The translations under genes and the position numbers were made by a program. This document shows, in pieces, positions 45,499-55,406 of a stretch of 64,000 bases of DNA. The notes beneath the pieces were generated by a model. It saw only the letters and a program-made list of their open reading frames with translations, did not search any database and was not told the origin of the DNA. Position 1 is the stretch's first letter, and each line of letters begins with the position of its first letter. Source of the DNA: Patescibacteria group bacterium (GTDB taxonomy: Bacteria; Patescibacteriota; Minisyncoccia; Phycocordibacterales; PALSA-1337); the NCBI GenBank assembly GCA_040387635.1, contig JAZKDJ010000001.1, forward strand, positions 387,193-451,192, in the 5' to 3' direction.

Positions 45499-45978
45499 AT
45501 GAGGACCTTTAATTTCCCCAAACCCTTGGCTCCGGGAACTGTTAGACTCATCCATTTTGCGAACAAGGAGGCTGTGTTTCGGGAGCACCCGACAATTCTG
45601 CCGGAAGATGTCATTACCGGTTCCTGCCGTGAGCCTGACTTTGTACATGGAGAAGCGGAAAGAGTGCTGGAATTCACGGGCGTTAATCGCCAACTGCTTT
45701 ATCTCGATTTGATACGCGAGATACCTAGACAACCCCCGATGGTTTTCTATGTCGAAACAACAGTAGAGCTGCCTTTCTCGCTTAGCCTTACGGTTGCATT
45801 CGATCGCGCGGTCGCGGTGGCGAATGAAAACAACTTCGATACCATTTCAACAGGAGTTCTGTTGATTGGGATATTGCAGGTTGAGAGTGTTGTCCAAGAA
45901 GTATTTGAGAAACACTCAGTCACAGCTGACGCAGCCAAACAGGCATTGGCAGCAGTTCGTGGGATTAAAGTGACCTAA
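45499..45978 (+). CDS. Stand-alone Clp N-terminal (Clp_R) repeat domain protein
   Basis: 159 aa with two repeats resembling the ClpA/B N-domain (VRLIHFANKEAVFREHPTILPEDVI... and VAFDRAVAVANENNFDTISTGVLLIGILQ...). No AAA+ module follows. Confidence 0.5.
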   Translation: MRTFNFPKPLAPGTVRLIHFANKEAVFREHPTILPEDVITGSCREPDFVHGEAERVLEFTGVNRQLLYLDLIREIPRQPPMVFYVETTVELPFSLSLTVAFDRAVAVANENNFDTISTGVLLIGILQVESVVQEVFEKHSVTADAAKQALAAVRGIKVT

Positions 45979-46005
45979 CCTCACATCGCACACATCAGTA
46001 ATTAC

Positions 46006-46041
46006 AAAAAACAACAGCAGCTGCAAGCTCCTGTTGTTTTT
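46006..46041. terminator. Bidirectional terminator between convergent genes
   Basis: AAAAACAACAG-13 nt loop-CTGTTGTTTTT. Confidence 0.65.
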
Positions 46042-46064
46042 AATTATTTAAATAGACTTAAAAT

Positions 46065-47144
46065 CTAGAGCAACTTCGGCGATCCGTTGATGTTCAAATG
46101 CTCGTATGCTTTTGTTGTGGCAGTTCGTCCTCGAGGAGTTCGTTCGATGAAGCCAAGCTGGAGAAGATATGGTTCGTGAACCTCTTCAATAGTAGCCTCT
46201 TCTTCTGATAGGGCAGTGGCAAGGGTGTTTACACCTACTGGTCCTCCACCAAACTTTTCTATAAGCGTCGTAAGTACTGCACGGTCGGCGCTTGTTAATC
46301 CTGCTGAGTCGACACCGAGAAGCTTCATAGCTTTATCAACGACGTCTTTGGTTAGTGTGCCTTTTTGGATCTGAGCGAAGTCACGGCAGCGCTTGAGAAG
46401 ATAGTTTGCTGTACGAGGGGTGAATCGGCTGCGCTTAGCGATCTCGGTCACTGCTGCAGGTTCGATATCTATCCCAAGGATCTTGGCTGATCGCGCTACG
46501 ATTTTCTCAATCTCCTGGTTCGTGTAAAACTCAAGCCTAAACGTTCCTCCTGAGAATCTTGAGCGAAGAGGTGAAGAGAGAAGTGCAACACGTGTGGTGG
46601 CCGCTATAAGGGTAAAGGCGGGCAGATCTAATTGGATTGTCCGAGCTGATGGGCCTTTGCCGATAATAATGTCCAAAGATCCTGATTCCATGGCAGGGTA
46701 GAGGATTTCTTCTATAGAACGATTGAGTCTGTGGATCTCATCAATAAACAAAATGTCTCCCACTGAGAGATTTGTGAGAATAGACGCGAGATCTCCCACT
46801 TTTTCGATGGCAGGACCTGATGTAACTTTGATTTGTGCGCCGATTTCCTTGGCTATTAGGTGGGCGAGGGTGGTTTTGCCGAGACCTGGAGGTCCATAGA
46901 AGAGAATATGCTCGGGCGGATGGTTACGTTCTCGCGCAGCGGTAAGAAGTATGTGTAAATTGTTCTTGATGTTCTCCTGTCCGACGTAGTCATCCCATCT
47001 AGAAGGGCGAAGCGTATGGTCCAAAAAGCCTGATTCCTGCGTAGCTTCTCCGCCTTTAACGCCAGAAACACCGCCCTTCTCAGGACCTTGGGTCATCTCC
47101 TTGGATAATGCCTCATCCTGAGGCGGGATAGGGTTACTTGACAT
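46065..47144 (-). CDS. ruvB: Holliday junction branch migration helicase RuvB
   Basis: 359 aa with a ~45 aa N-terminal extension, then LRPSRWDDYVGQENIK, Walker A GPPGLGKTTLA, and the IDEIHRL and TRVALLSSPLRSRF motifs. Confidence 0.93.
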   Translation of the reverse strand: MSSNPIPPQDEALSKEMTQGPEKGGVSGVKGGEATQESGFLDHTLRPSRWDDYVGQENIKNNLHILLTAARERNHPPEHILFYGPPGLGKTTLAHLIAKEIGAQIKVTSGPAIEKVGDLASILTNLSVGDILFIDEIHRLNRSIEEILYPAMESGSLDIIIGKGPSARTIQLDLPAFTLIAATTRVALLSSPLRSRFSGGTFRLEFYTNQEIEKIVARSAKILGIDIEPAAVTEIAKRSRFTPRTANYLLKRCRDFAQIQKGTLTKDVVDKAMKLLGVDSAGLTSADRAVLTTLIEKFGGGPVGVNTLATALSEEEATIEEVHEPYLLQLGFIERTPRGRTATTKAYEHLNINGSPKLL

Positions 47145-47522
47145 TGATATTAAAACATGCTAGACTATTTGGGTAACTGAATAAGACATTGGAATTAGTC
47201 TTTGATTCAATCGCACTTTGATCGAGTTCAGAAATCTCTAAGCAATTGGCCCATTCGCGTGGGTTATCAGATTTTTCACTAAGGACACTCTGGTTATATA
47301 CCTTGTGTATATTTACTGTGGTTATCCTCGGGGGAAAATTTAACTTTTGGTGCACACATTGAAAGTATTGCTTAGAGATTTATGAATTCGATTTTTTCTT
47401 TTTAAAATTCTCTTAAAAAATCGTTTCTCTCTATTTCTTTTCTCTCTTCTTCTGGCCTGGATTCAATATACTCCTCTTTTTTATAAATACAATTGACAGT
47501 GGGGATAGCGTGATTCGCGCTG

Positions 47523-47906
47523 TTAAGATTTTACTGCACTACTTTTTAGAGCTTTCGTATACTCATCATCTATTCTCTTAAGTTCTGCTTGTTTTCTCAA
47601 AAGGTTAAGTCTGATTGCTCCCATTTCAGCTACTGCTCGGGCTTCTTCAGTCTTGAGATTGGCTATATTCGTTTCAATAGCAGCAATCTCTGTGCCGATT
47701 TTTTGTATTTCCTGCGTTTCTTTACGGATGGCATCCTCTTTCTTTTTCTTCTCTGCCTTTTTTGGAATGAGGGATTTTTCTAGTGTCTGTTCTTTCTGCT
47801 TATTCGTGCGAATAAGCTCTTCTTTTTGTTTGTACGCAGTATTACTCTTCTCTAGATCGTTCTTTATCTGGCTCATCATCATACTGAGGTTGTTTGGATT
47901 CTGCAT
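47523..47906 (-). CDS. Hypothetical coiled-coil protein
   Basis: 127 aa, Lys/Glu-rich with heptad-like sequence. It lies 18 nt downstream of the pilB-like gene on the same strand. Confidence 0.5.
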   Translation of the reverse strand: MQNPNNLSMMMSQIKNDLEKSNTAYKQKEELIRTNKQKEQTLEKSLIPKKAEKKKKEDAIRKETQEIQKIGTEIAAIETNIANLKTEEARAVAEMGAIRLNLLRKQAELKRIDDEYTKALKSSAVKS

Positions 47907-47924
47907 AAGAATGAAAATTGATTA

Positions 47925-49604
47925 TTAATCTATAACTTCGATTACTCGCTTGAGCTCGGCAAGGGAAGTGTGGCCCTGGAGGATTTTTGTAATACCGTCT
48001 TCTTCCATGTTTAGGATTCCTTGTGGTCGCGCTATCTCCGCAACGCTTCGTTCGCTTGGGGAGCTTTCAATTGTTTCCTCTAGTGTTTTGTTGACGATGA
48101 TTCCTTCATAGATTCCGATTCGTCCCTTGAAGCCAGATTTGTTGCACTTTTCGCAGCCTACTGGTTCCCATATTTTTGTAGTGTTCTCTGGGATGAGCGA
48201 TCGGTCAACAATCTTTGCTAGCACGTTATCAATCACTCGCTTCTCCTCACCCTCGAGGAGTTTTTCTTTTTTGCATGCAGGGCAGAGTCGGCGAACGAGA
48301 CGCTGTGCGAGAGCGATGGTAACTGCGGATGTTATAACTCGAGGGTTAATTCCAAGGTCAATTAGACGAGGAAAAGCTCCTGCTGCGTTGTTGGTGTGGA
48401 GTGTTGAGAACACGAGGTGACCAGTAAGCGCCGAGTTAATGGCGATAGCTGCGGTCTCGTTGTCCCGGATTTCTCCAACCATGATCACATCAGGATCCTG
48501 TCGGAGTGCTGAGCGGAGACCTTCGAGGAAGTTGTATCCCTTGTCGTTAGTTTGAGTCTGAGTAATACCAGGAAGATGGTATTCGATGGGATCTTCGATG
48601 GTGATTATCTTGATTGTTGGTTCGTGGATCTTCTTGAGAAGGGCATAAAGCGTAGTTGTCTTACCAGATCCTGTTGGTCCTGTTGTAAGGAGCATTCCGT
48701 TTGGTTTATCAATCGCTTCGAGAATAACGCTCAAAAGTTTTGGAGGAATACCGAGTTCTTCGAGAGGTGTTGAGATTGATTTTGGATTCAATACTCGGAG
48801 CACGATAGATTCGCTGTATGCGCCAGGGAGCATTGAGGTTCGGATTTCAATGTCGCCAAGTGCGAGCTTGATGCTGAATCGTCCGTCTTGAGGTTCCTGC
48901 TTGATGTTGAGCTTTAGTCCTGAGAGGAGTTTTACTCGAGACAAAAGAAGTTTGTATGTATCGTGATCGAAGTTGAGTACATCTGTGAGCACTCCATCGA
49001 GTCGATATCTCAATCGTACTTCACCTTCTTCTGGTTCGATGTGTACATCGGAAGCGCCAATTGCAAGCGCACCAGCAAGAATCGTTTCGAGAATTCTAGA
49101 TACTCGAAAACTTCTTTTCATCGAGAGGGTGTTTTGGAGGATGGACTGAATAGTAGGGAGGCTCTTGGCTTGGTCGATGATTGCACTCACCTCATCGTTA
49201 GAAATCTCAAGGGAGCCAGCTTTTGTTTCAATGGCGAATGAAAGATCTTTGTAGGATTTCCATGCTTTCTCGAGGCTGGCTGTAGATACGATAAAAGGAG
49301 CAATCTCAAAACCCTTTGCTGAGAGCTCTTTTGCTATAGCGTGTGCCTTCTCATCATCTGGAATTCTCATTGCTAACTTCACATGCTTATCAACGAGGCT
49401 GAATGGAGCAAGCTTGGCTTCTCGAGCTTTGGACTCATCGACAAGTCGAAGTGCGTCAGTGTTTACTGGGGTAGCTGATAGGTCTATATACTCAACGCCA
49501 TACTTAGGGGCGAGTGTTCTCACAAGATCTTCTTCCTCTTTTCGCCGTAGATCGGCGACTCTTCGATTCTGCTTATCTTCGTCAAATTGGATCATATATA
49601 GCAA
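47925..49604 (-). CDS. pilB: GspE/PilB-family secretion or type IV pilus assembly ATPase
   Basis: 559 aa with an N-terminal T2SSE_N-like domain, Walker A GPTGSGKTTT, Asp/His boxes and a tetracysteine motif (CPACKK...CEKCNKSGFKGR). Confidence 0.88.
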   Translation of the reverse strand: MLYMIQFDEDKQNRRVADLRRKEEEDLVRTLAPKYGVEYIDLSATPVNTDALRLVDESKAREAKLAPFSLVDKHVKLAMRIPDDEKAHAIAKELSAKGFEIAPFIVSTASLEKAWKSYKDLSFAIETKAGSLEISNDEVSAIIDQAKSLPTIQSILQNTLSMKRSFRVSRILETILAGALAIGASDVHIEPEEGEVRLRYRLDGVLTDVLNFDHDTYKLLLSRVKLLSGLKLNIKQEPQDGRFSIKLALGDIEIRTSMLPGAYSESIVLRVLNPKSISTPLEELGIPPKLLSVILEAIDKPNGMLLTTGPTGSGKTTTLYALLKKIHEPTIKIITIEDPIEYHLPGITQTQTNDKGYNFLEGLRSALRQDPDVIMVGEIRDNETAAIAINSALTGHLVFSTLHTNNAAGAFPRLIDLGINPRVITSAVTIALAQRLVRRLCPACKKEKLLEGEEKRVIDNVLAKIVDRSLIPENTTKIWEPVGCEKCNKSGFKGRIGIYEGIIVNKTLEETIESSPSERSVAEIARPQGILNMEEDGITKILQGHTSLAELKRVIEVID

Positions 49605-49788
49605 TTATAACCCATGTTTAAGTATTTTTTCATGGTTCTGTGGTGGGGAAACTATGGGTAAATAGGGCGGCGGAGGAGATGTTGACTAGTACCTATAAAA
49701 GATGGTATAATATATATGTTAAGGAACATGGTATTCCTAAACATCTGGCACGACGCCAGCTCACTGAATTCCGGTAACGAAAGTACTC

Positions 49789-50250
49789 ATGAAAAAGCAC
49801 ATTGCAAACACGATTCTTCTTTTGGCTCTGCTTCTTGTAGGCACGGGCTGCTCCGGTTGGAGTCGAACACCTCAGGACAAAACTGTCTTCATTCGTTTGA
49901 ATGATGGACGGCTTGTTAGTGGGTCTGGTCTCGGCCAGTCGTGGAATCCGCGTCGCGGCATACCCCAATCGGCGATTGAACCTCAAGAGTTCAATAATCG
50001 ACAAAGATACTCCTCCAATGGCAGGACTGCCATGTCCACAGGACGATCCAGTTACCAAGCAGGAAGTCTGGTGTGGGATCCGGCAACTCGCCAATGGGTG
50101 GCTGTCTCTCACAATCCGCCAACCTACACGTGGGGTTACACCAACGAGGTTGCGCAGAGGGAGTATGGCCACTGGCGTGAAGTTGGAACTATCCGCCATA
50201 GTTATGTGGAAGGCCCTAAAGGTCCGCCCGCACTACTCATAGGCAAATAA
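49789..50250 (+). CDS. Hypothetical lipoprotein
   Basis: 153 aa with signal peptide and lipobox MKKHIANTILLLALLLVGTGC. It is followed by a hairpin terminator and its composition is G+C-richer than its neighbours. Confidence 0.6.
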   Translation: MKKHIANTILLLALLLVGTGCSGWSRTPQDKTVFIRLNDGRLVSGSGLGQSWNPRRGIPQSAIEPQEFNNRQRYSSNGRTAMSTGRSSYQAGSLVWDPATRQWVAVSHNPPTYTWGYTNEVAQREYGHWREVGTIRHSYVEGPKGPPALLIGK

Positions 50251-50279
50251 AAAAAAGAATCGCAGAAGCTCAAGCTTCA

Positions 50280-50314
50280 AAAGTCCTCCGACCATGTGTT
50301 GGAGGACTTTTCAT
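50280..50314 (+). terminator. Rho-independent terminator
   Basis: AAAGTCCTCC-11 nt loop-GGAGGACTTT followed by TCATTTT. Confidence 0.65.
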
Positions 50315-50344
50315 TTTATATATTCCTTATGCTAGGCTGTAGCC

Positions 50345-50794
50345 ATGGAGTTTGATATCAACAATCTTGAAGACATGAAAGCTGCAGCGCGACAGCTTCT
50401 TAATTTTTCTATAGGTAAAGCGGAGATAAATTCCAAGGCCACCATTCTCGGCCTCTATGGAAATCTTGGCGCGGGAAAGACTACGTTCACACAATTCATA
50501 GCAAAGGAGTTGGGGATCAAGGAAAATATAACCAGCCCGACATTTGTAATACAGAAATCATATGCAATTAATCCCGCCGTGCGCTCTATATATAGGAAGC
50601 TGGTACACATTGATGCCTATCGCCTCAAAAACGGCCAAGAACTGAGTGTTTTGGGATGGCAGAAGACTATAAGTGAGCCGAATACACTTATTTGCATAGA
50701 ATGGCCTGAGAATGTTGCAGATGTTATGCCGTCTCATATAAAGATCCAATTTGAACATGTTGAAGAGGGTAAAAGACGAATCGTGGTGCAATAG
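50345..50794 (+). CDS. tsaE: tRNA t6A37 biosynthesis ATPase TsaE
   Basis: 149 aa: LGLYGNLGAGKTTFTQ...SPTF...HIDAYRL. Confidence 0.88.
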   Translation: MEFDINNLEDMKAAARQLLNFSIGKAEINSKATILGLYGNLGAGKTTFTQFIAKELGIKENITSPTFVIQKSYAINPAVRSIYRKLVHIDAYRLKNGQELSVLGWQKTISEPNTLICIEWPENVADVMPSHIKIQFEHVEEGKRRIVVQ

Positions 50795-50869
50795 ATAATA
50801 ACGAAGATAGTAATAGAGAATAAAGCGAAAATCCTATCTTTCCTAAGTGACCTCCGATATAATTCTTGT

Positions 50870-53350
50870 ATGACAGCCCTCAAACACGCCGACAACAAGA
50901 CATCGGATGCATACCTGCGCAGGTTAGTACTCCTCGATACACATGCGATTCTTCACCGCGCGTACCATGCTTTGCCGGATTTTGCCTCAAGTAAGGGCGA
51001 ACCTACTGGTGCTTTGTATGGACTCTGTACCATGCTCATTCGAATCATCAATGATTTAAAGCCCGATCATATTGTGGCTTGTTTTGATTTGCCTAAGCCG
51101 ACGTATCGCCATGAAGTATACAAAGATTACAAAGCGCACCGAGCAAAGACAGACGACGCGCTCGTTCATCAGCTCAAGAGGGCGAGGGATATTTTTATTG
51201 CGCTCAATATTCAAATTTGCGACAAGGAAGGGTTTGAAGCCGACGACATGCTTGGAACTATTGTTGAGAAGCTTCGTGGTGAGAAGGATTTGGATATCGT
51301 TGTAGCATCGGGAGATATGGATACACTTCAGCTTGTTCAAGACAACAAGGTGAGAGTTTTCACGCTCAAGAAGGGAATCAATGACACTGTTATATATAAC
51401 GAAGACGCTGTAAGAGCGAGATTTGGTTTTGGTCCAGAATTACTTCCTGACTACAAAGGTCTTCGAGGTGATCCATCAGATAATATTATTGGTATCAAAG
51501 GAATTGGAGAGAAAACAGCTACGACACTCATCACGACATTTGGAACAATTGAGAATATGTACAAGGTTCTGAAGAAGAGCCCAGAGAAATTCAAAGAAGC
51601 TGGACTTACTGATCGCATCATCAAGCTTCTGCAGGATGGGGAAGAGGAAGCGAACTTTAGCAAAATGCTCGCGACGATTAGGCGAGATGCTCCTGTTGAA
51701 GTGTGCCTGCCTGAAGAAAGCTGGAGAAAGAGCATGGATATGAAGGCTATTTTAGCCCTTTTCCAAGAGCTTGAGTTCAGGACACTCGGTGCAAGGCTCA
51801 AATCGGCCATTACAGGCCAGTCTGTCTCAAATACGGCTCAAAATATGAGCGAGGATGATGGTTTCGACCAAATGGGTGACGACATATCCTCAGGTAATCA
51901 ACAAGTTATACCCGATATATCAACAGTTAATCCCCAAGACTTGAAGAGGGCGCAGCTGGCTATTTGGATTGTAGATTCCAATAAAACTAATCCGACATAC
52001 GAAGAGGTTATGGAATTTACGAAAGCGAAAGATATCAAAGAGGCCATCACTATTCTTGAGGCAGATATAAAAAAGAAAAATCTCACTCGAGTATATGAGG
52101 AGATTGAATTGCCTTTGATTCCTATTTTGGACGAAATGAAAAGCGTCGGTGTAAAGATTGATGTGAAATATTTGGAAGAGCTAAGCAAGGAGTATCACGA
52201 AGAAGTTGGTAAGTTAGAGAAATCAATTTGGAAGCACGCTGGAAAAGAATTTAATATAAGTTCACCGAAGCAGTTGGGTGAAGTGCTTTTTACTGATCTT
52301 GGACTGACTATTAAGAACGCCAAGAAAACGGCGGGCGGCGCACGGTCTACCAAAGAATCAGAATTGGCAAAACTTGCTGATGTTCACCCAATCATCAACC
52401 TTATTCTCCAACATCGTGAGCTCTCCAAGCTTCTCGGAACATATATAGATACGATTCCAAAGTTGGTAGATGAGAACAATCGAGTTCATCCAACTCTTAT
52501 ACAAACAGGAGCTGCGACAGGACGAATGGCTTCACAGGATCCAAGTATTCAGAATATTCCTATCAAGTCAGATCTTGGAAGAAAAATTCGTCATGCCTTC
52601 ATTGCTGAGAAGGGCTACTCACTTGTTGCATTCGATTATTCTCAAATCGAGCTTCGTGTAGCTGCATTCCTTTCGAAGGATGAGAAAATGATCGCGCTCT
52701 TCAAGAGCGGTAGAGATTTCCATACGTCAGTGGCGGCTGAAGTTTTCAAAGTTGCTCCCGAGAAGGTGGATAGGGAAATGCGACGACGAGCCAAGGTCAT
52801 CAACTTCGGCATCATGTACGGTATGGGTGTGAATGCTTTGCGACAGAACTTGAGTGAAGGTTCTTCTGATGGGACTCCAGTGACGAGAGCTGAGGCACAG
52901 TTGTTTTATGACGAATATTTCAAGACCTTCAGCGGCCTTGCTGAATATCTCAACCGAGTGAAGGGTGAAGCTTACAGGAATGGCTTTACAGAGACATTTT
53001 TTGGACGACGAAGGTATTTCGAAGGAATCAAATCAAAGATTCCATTTATTAAAGCCATGGCTGAGAGAATGGCTATTAACGCTCCGATCCAAGGAACTGA
53101 AGCAGATATCATTAAGCTTGCTATGGTAAAAATCGCTGAGCACATCAAGAAAGAAAAGCTCGACGAGTGCGTGCGGATGCTCATGCAAGTGCATGATGAA
53201 CTTGTATTTGAAATTAAGAACGACAGCGTGGAGAAGGTTGCTCCTGACATTCAGAAATACATGGAGACTGTGGTTGATCCAAAAGATATTTCTGGAATTA
53301 TTTGCAAAGCTGAGTACAAGGCAGGTAAGGACTGGGGCGAGTTAAAATAA
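50870..53350 (+). CDS. polA: DNA polymerase I
   Basis: 826 aa with a 5'-3' exonuclease N-terminus (LLDTHAILHRAYHAL, GDPSDNIIGIKGIGEKTA) and family A polymerase motifs DYSQIELRV, RRRAKVINFGIMYG and QVHDELVFE. The central region lacks obvious 3'-5' exonuclease motifs. Confidence 0.93.
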   Translation: MTALKHADNKTSDAYLRRLVLLDTHAILHRAYHALPDFASSKGEPTGALYGLCTMLIRIINDLKPDHIVACFDLPKPTYRHEVYKDYKAHRAKTDDALVHQLKRARDIFIALNIQICDKEGFEADDMLGTIVEKLRGEKDLDIVVASGDMDTLQLVQDNKVRVFTLKKGINDTVIYNEDAVRARFGFGPELLPDYKGLRGDPSDNIIGIKGIGEKTATTLITTFGTIENMYKVLKKSPEKFKEAGLTDRIIKLLQDGEEEANFSKMLATIRRDAPVEVCLPEESWRKSMDMKAILALFQELEFRTLGARLKSAITGQSVSNTAQNMSEDDGFDQMGDDISSGNQQVIPDISTVNPQDLKRAQLAIWIVDSNKTNPTYEEVMEFTKAKDIKEAITILEADIKKKNLTRVYEEIELPLIPILDEMKSVGVKIDVKYLEELSKEYHEEVGKLEKSIWKHAGKEFNISSPKQLGEVLFTDLGLTIKNAKKTAGGARSTKESELAKLADVHPIINLILQHRELSKLLGTYIDTIPKLVDENNRVHPTLIQTGAATGRMASQDPSIQNIPIKSDLGRKIRHAFIAEKGYSLVAFDYSQIELRVAAFLSKDEKMIALFKSGRDFHTSVAAEVFKVAPEKVDREMRRRAKVINFGIMYGMGVNALRQNLSEGSSDGTPVTRAEAQLFYDEYFKTFSGLAEYLNRVKGEAYRNGFTETFFGRRRYFEGIKSKIPFIKAMAERMAINAPIQGTEADIIKLAMVKIAEHIKKEKLDECVRMLMQVHDELVFEIKNDSVEKVAPDIQKYMETVVDPKDISGIICKAEYKAGKDWGELK

Positions 53351-53368
53351 TCAACAGTAATAACCGAC

Positions 53369-54091
53369 ATGCTTTATCTCATTCACGGCAGCGATTACGA
53401 TACAGTAAGAACAAAAGTGCAGGGCTTAGTTCAAATGCTCCACAAAAAACGTCCTGACGCTTCAGCTTTTACACTTGCTGGAGATAACTTCACAGAGATC
53501 GCTCTCGATGAATATATTGGTGGCCAGGGATTGTTCGCGAATAAATATATAATCTCGGTTCATCATAGTATTGATGACGACGCTATGAAATCTGCAATAC
53601 TTGAACGCCTCAAAGATATCGCGGGATCAGACAACGTATTTATTTTCAGAGAAGGTGAGATAGATGCGAAGACTCTGGAGAAATTTAAAAAGCACGCCGA
53701 CAAGATTGAAGAGCATCAACTCAAGACATCGCTTGCGAAGAAGGAAGAGTTCAATGTGTTTTCTCTAGGTGATGCTCTCGGTAGTCGTGACAAAGCTAAG
53801 TTGTGGTCTCTATATATACAGGCCAAGATGAGCGGCCTTGAAGATGAGAACATTCATGGAGTACTAGTGTGGCAGATCAAGAGCATGGCTCGCGCCGCTG
53901 CTTCTGGAAGTGCTAATGATGCCGGTCTCAAACCTTTCGTTTACACCAAATCAAAATCATTTGCCGCTCGCTATCCTGGTGATTCACTAGTTGCGCTGCT
54001 CGATGATTTTGTTTCCATGTATCACGAATCGAGAAGGGGAAAGGATACATTAGGTGAGTTGCTAGAAAGATATATCTTGCAGAAGATTTAA
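53369..54091 (+). CDS. holA: DNA polymerase III delta subunit-like protein (short)
   Basis: 240 aa: MLYLIHGSDYDTV...NVFSLGDALGSRDKAKLWSLY...LVWQIKSM fits the HolA pattern. It is shorter than canonical delta. Confidence 0.55.
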   Translation: MLYLIHGSDYDTVRTKVQGLVQMLHKKRPDASAFTLAGDNFTEIALDEYIGGQGLFANKYIISVHHSIDDDAMKSAILERLKDIAGSDNVFIFREGEIDAKTLEKFKKHADKIEEHQLKTSLAKKEEFNVFSLGDALGSRDKAKLWSLYIQAKMSGLEDENIHGVLVWQIKSMARAAASGSANDAGLKPFVYTKSKSFAARYPGDSLVALLDDFVSMYHESRRGKDTLGELLERYILQKI

Positions 54092-54101
54092 TAAAAGAAA
54101 A

Positions 54102-54130
54102 AAGCGGGCTCCATATGGGGCCCGCTTTTG
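54102..54130. terminator. Hairpin terminator
   Basis: AAGCGGGC-TCCATATGGG-GCCCGCTT followed by TTG, between convergent holA and pyrC. Confidence 0.65.
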
Positions 54131-54163
54131 CGTTGTACAAATACTATCAATAAATTTCGAGGA

Positions 54164-55282
54164 TTACGCCGCAATCGTCATGTCTTCCTCGAACCATTGG
54201 AGTTGCTTGCCTGCCATGAAGGGAACTGCGATTATTCCGTTCTCATGATGATCAGTATCTCCATATGAGTCAGGAACCATCCAGGTCTTGCGAGAGAGCC
54301 TGATCCGTTTGGTGGCCAGCGGCAACTTGTAATGATTGGCGCCGTTGACGCGAACGAATTTGTCGAAGTGTTCCTTGGCCTTCACCAAGTCATTCTCGGC
54401 CATTTCCAGAAAGAACTGCCAGAGCATTGGCAGTGCCACGGGGGCAGTGAAGACTCCTGCGCAGCCGCAACTGCATTCTTTTTTGTTGCGACTGTGTGGG
54501 GCTGTGTCTGAGCCGAAGAAGAATTTCGGGAATCCGCTGAATGCCGCGCGCCGCAATGCTTGCCGATCGGATTCAAACTTCGCGATCGGTTTGCAGTAGT
54601 GGTGCGGGTTGATGCCTTCGTTACCGTGAGTGTCCAAGTATGCAATCACGTCTTCCAGGGTCAGGTAGAGATGATGAAGCGTGATCGTGGCCACCACGTT
54701 TTGAGGCAGCTCGAGCACAGCTTTCACGGCAGCTTCGGTCGTGATGTGTTCAAGCACAATCCGGAGATTGGGAAACTTACGGGCAATTTTCCTCAAGATC
54801 GCTAGAAATTCCTCTTCTCGTTTGAGGATGTGCACTGGCCGCGGCATTTCGCCGTGGAGGCACAGTACCATGTCGAGCTTCTCCATTTCGGCAAATGCCG
54901 GAAAGAGCTTCTCGATATCTGTGATCTTTACTCCATCAAGGGAGTTGTGTGTGACCCCCTCGGGGTAAAGTTTACCGACATAGAAGCCGAGTGACTTTGC
55001 GTCCTGTATCATTTCCGGCGTTGTGGCGCCGGTGATTTTGATGGTCATGATAGGCGTGAAATCATGCGTACCTGTCCATGTGAGGATTTGCTCACGATAC
55101 CCTCTGGCCATTGTCGCAGTGGTGATTGGGGGATCCAAGTTGGGCATGACGAGCGCGCCATGGAATGATCGCGCTGTGTGATGCGCGACTAGTTTGCCCA
55201 TTTTTCCACTTCGGAAATGGACGTGCAGGTCATAGCCCGTGAGTAACTCAACAAGATCTGTAGTCAAGATCAGTTCTGCCAT
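54164..55282 (-). CDS. pyrC: Dihydroorotase, class II (E. coli type)
   Basis: 372 aa. DLHVHFRSG, VMPNLDPPITT, GKLYPEGVTHNS, LEHITT and GSDTAPHSRNKKECSCGCAGVF parallel E. coli PyrC DWHLHLRDG, VMPNLAPPVTT, AKLYPANATTNS, FEHITT and [22 protein letters not shown] (recalled from memory). The gene is G+C-rich. Confidence 0.9.
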   Translation of the reverse strand: MAELILTTDLVELLTGYDLHVHFRSGKMGKLVAHHTARSFHGALVMPNLDPPITTATMARGYREQILTWTGTHDFTPIMTIKITGATTPEMIQDAKSLGFYVGKLYPEGVTHNSLDGVKITDIEKLFPAFAEMEKLDMVLCLHGEMPRPVHILKREEEFLAILRKIARKFPNLRIVLEHITTEAAVKAVLELPQNVVATITLHHLYLTLEDVIAYLDTHGNEGINPHHYCKPIAKFESDRQALRRAAFSGFPKFFFGSDTAPHSRNKKECSCGCAGVFTAPVALPMLWQFFLEMAENDLVKAKEHFDKFVRVNGANHYKLPLATKRIRLSRKTWMVPDSYGDTDHHENGIIAVPFMAGKQLQWFEEDMTIAA

Positions 55283-55340
55283 ATTGTGAAAGTAAGTCTG
55301 TTCCTCATACTATTGAAATCCATAGAAAATGCAATGTTAT

Positions 55341-55386
55341 TAAAAAAGAAAAACTAGCGCATATTCCCATCAGGAATATGCGCTAG
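55341..55386 (-). terminator. Rho-independent terminator between the pyrD-like gene and pyrC
   Basis: On the minus strand: CTAGCGCATATTCC-TGATGG-GGAATATGCGCTAG followed by TTTTTCTTTTTT. Confidence 0.75.
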
Positions 55387-55406
55387 TGAGTGAGGTCGAT
55401 GCGGAG

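Noticed and set aside
49693-50242. 168 aa minus-strand ORF and 113 aa + strand ORF overlapping the lipoprotein gene
   Set aside because: The 153 aa + strand frame has a textbook lipoprotein signal and lipobox and is followed by a terminator. The others are Arg/Ser/Cys-rich shadow frames.
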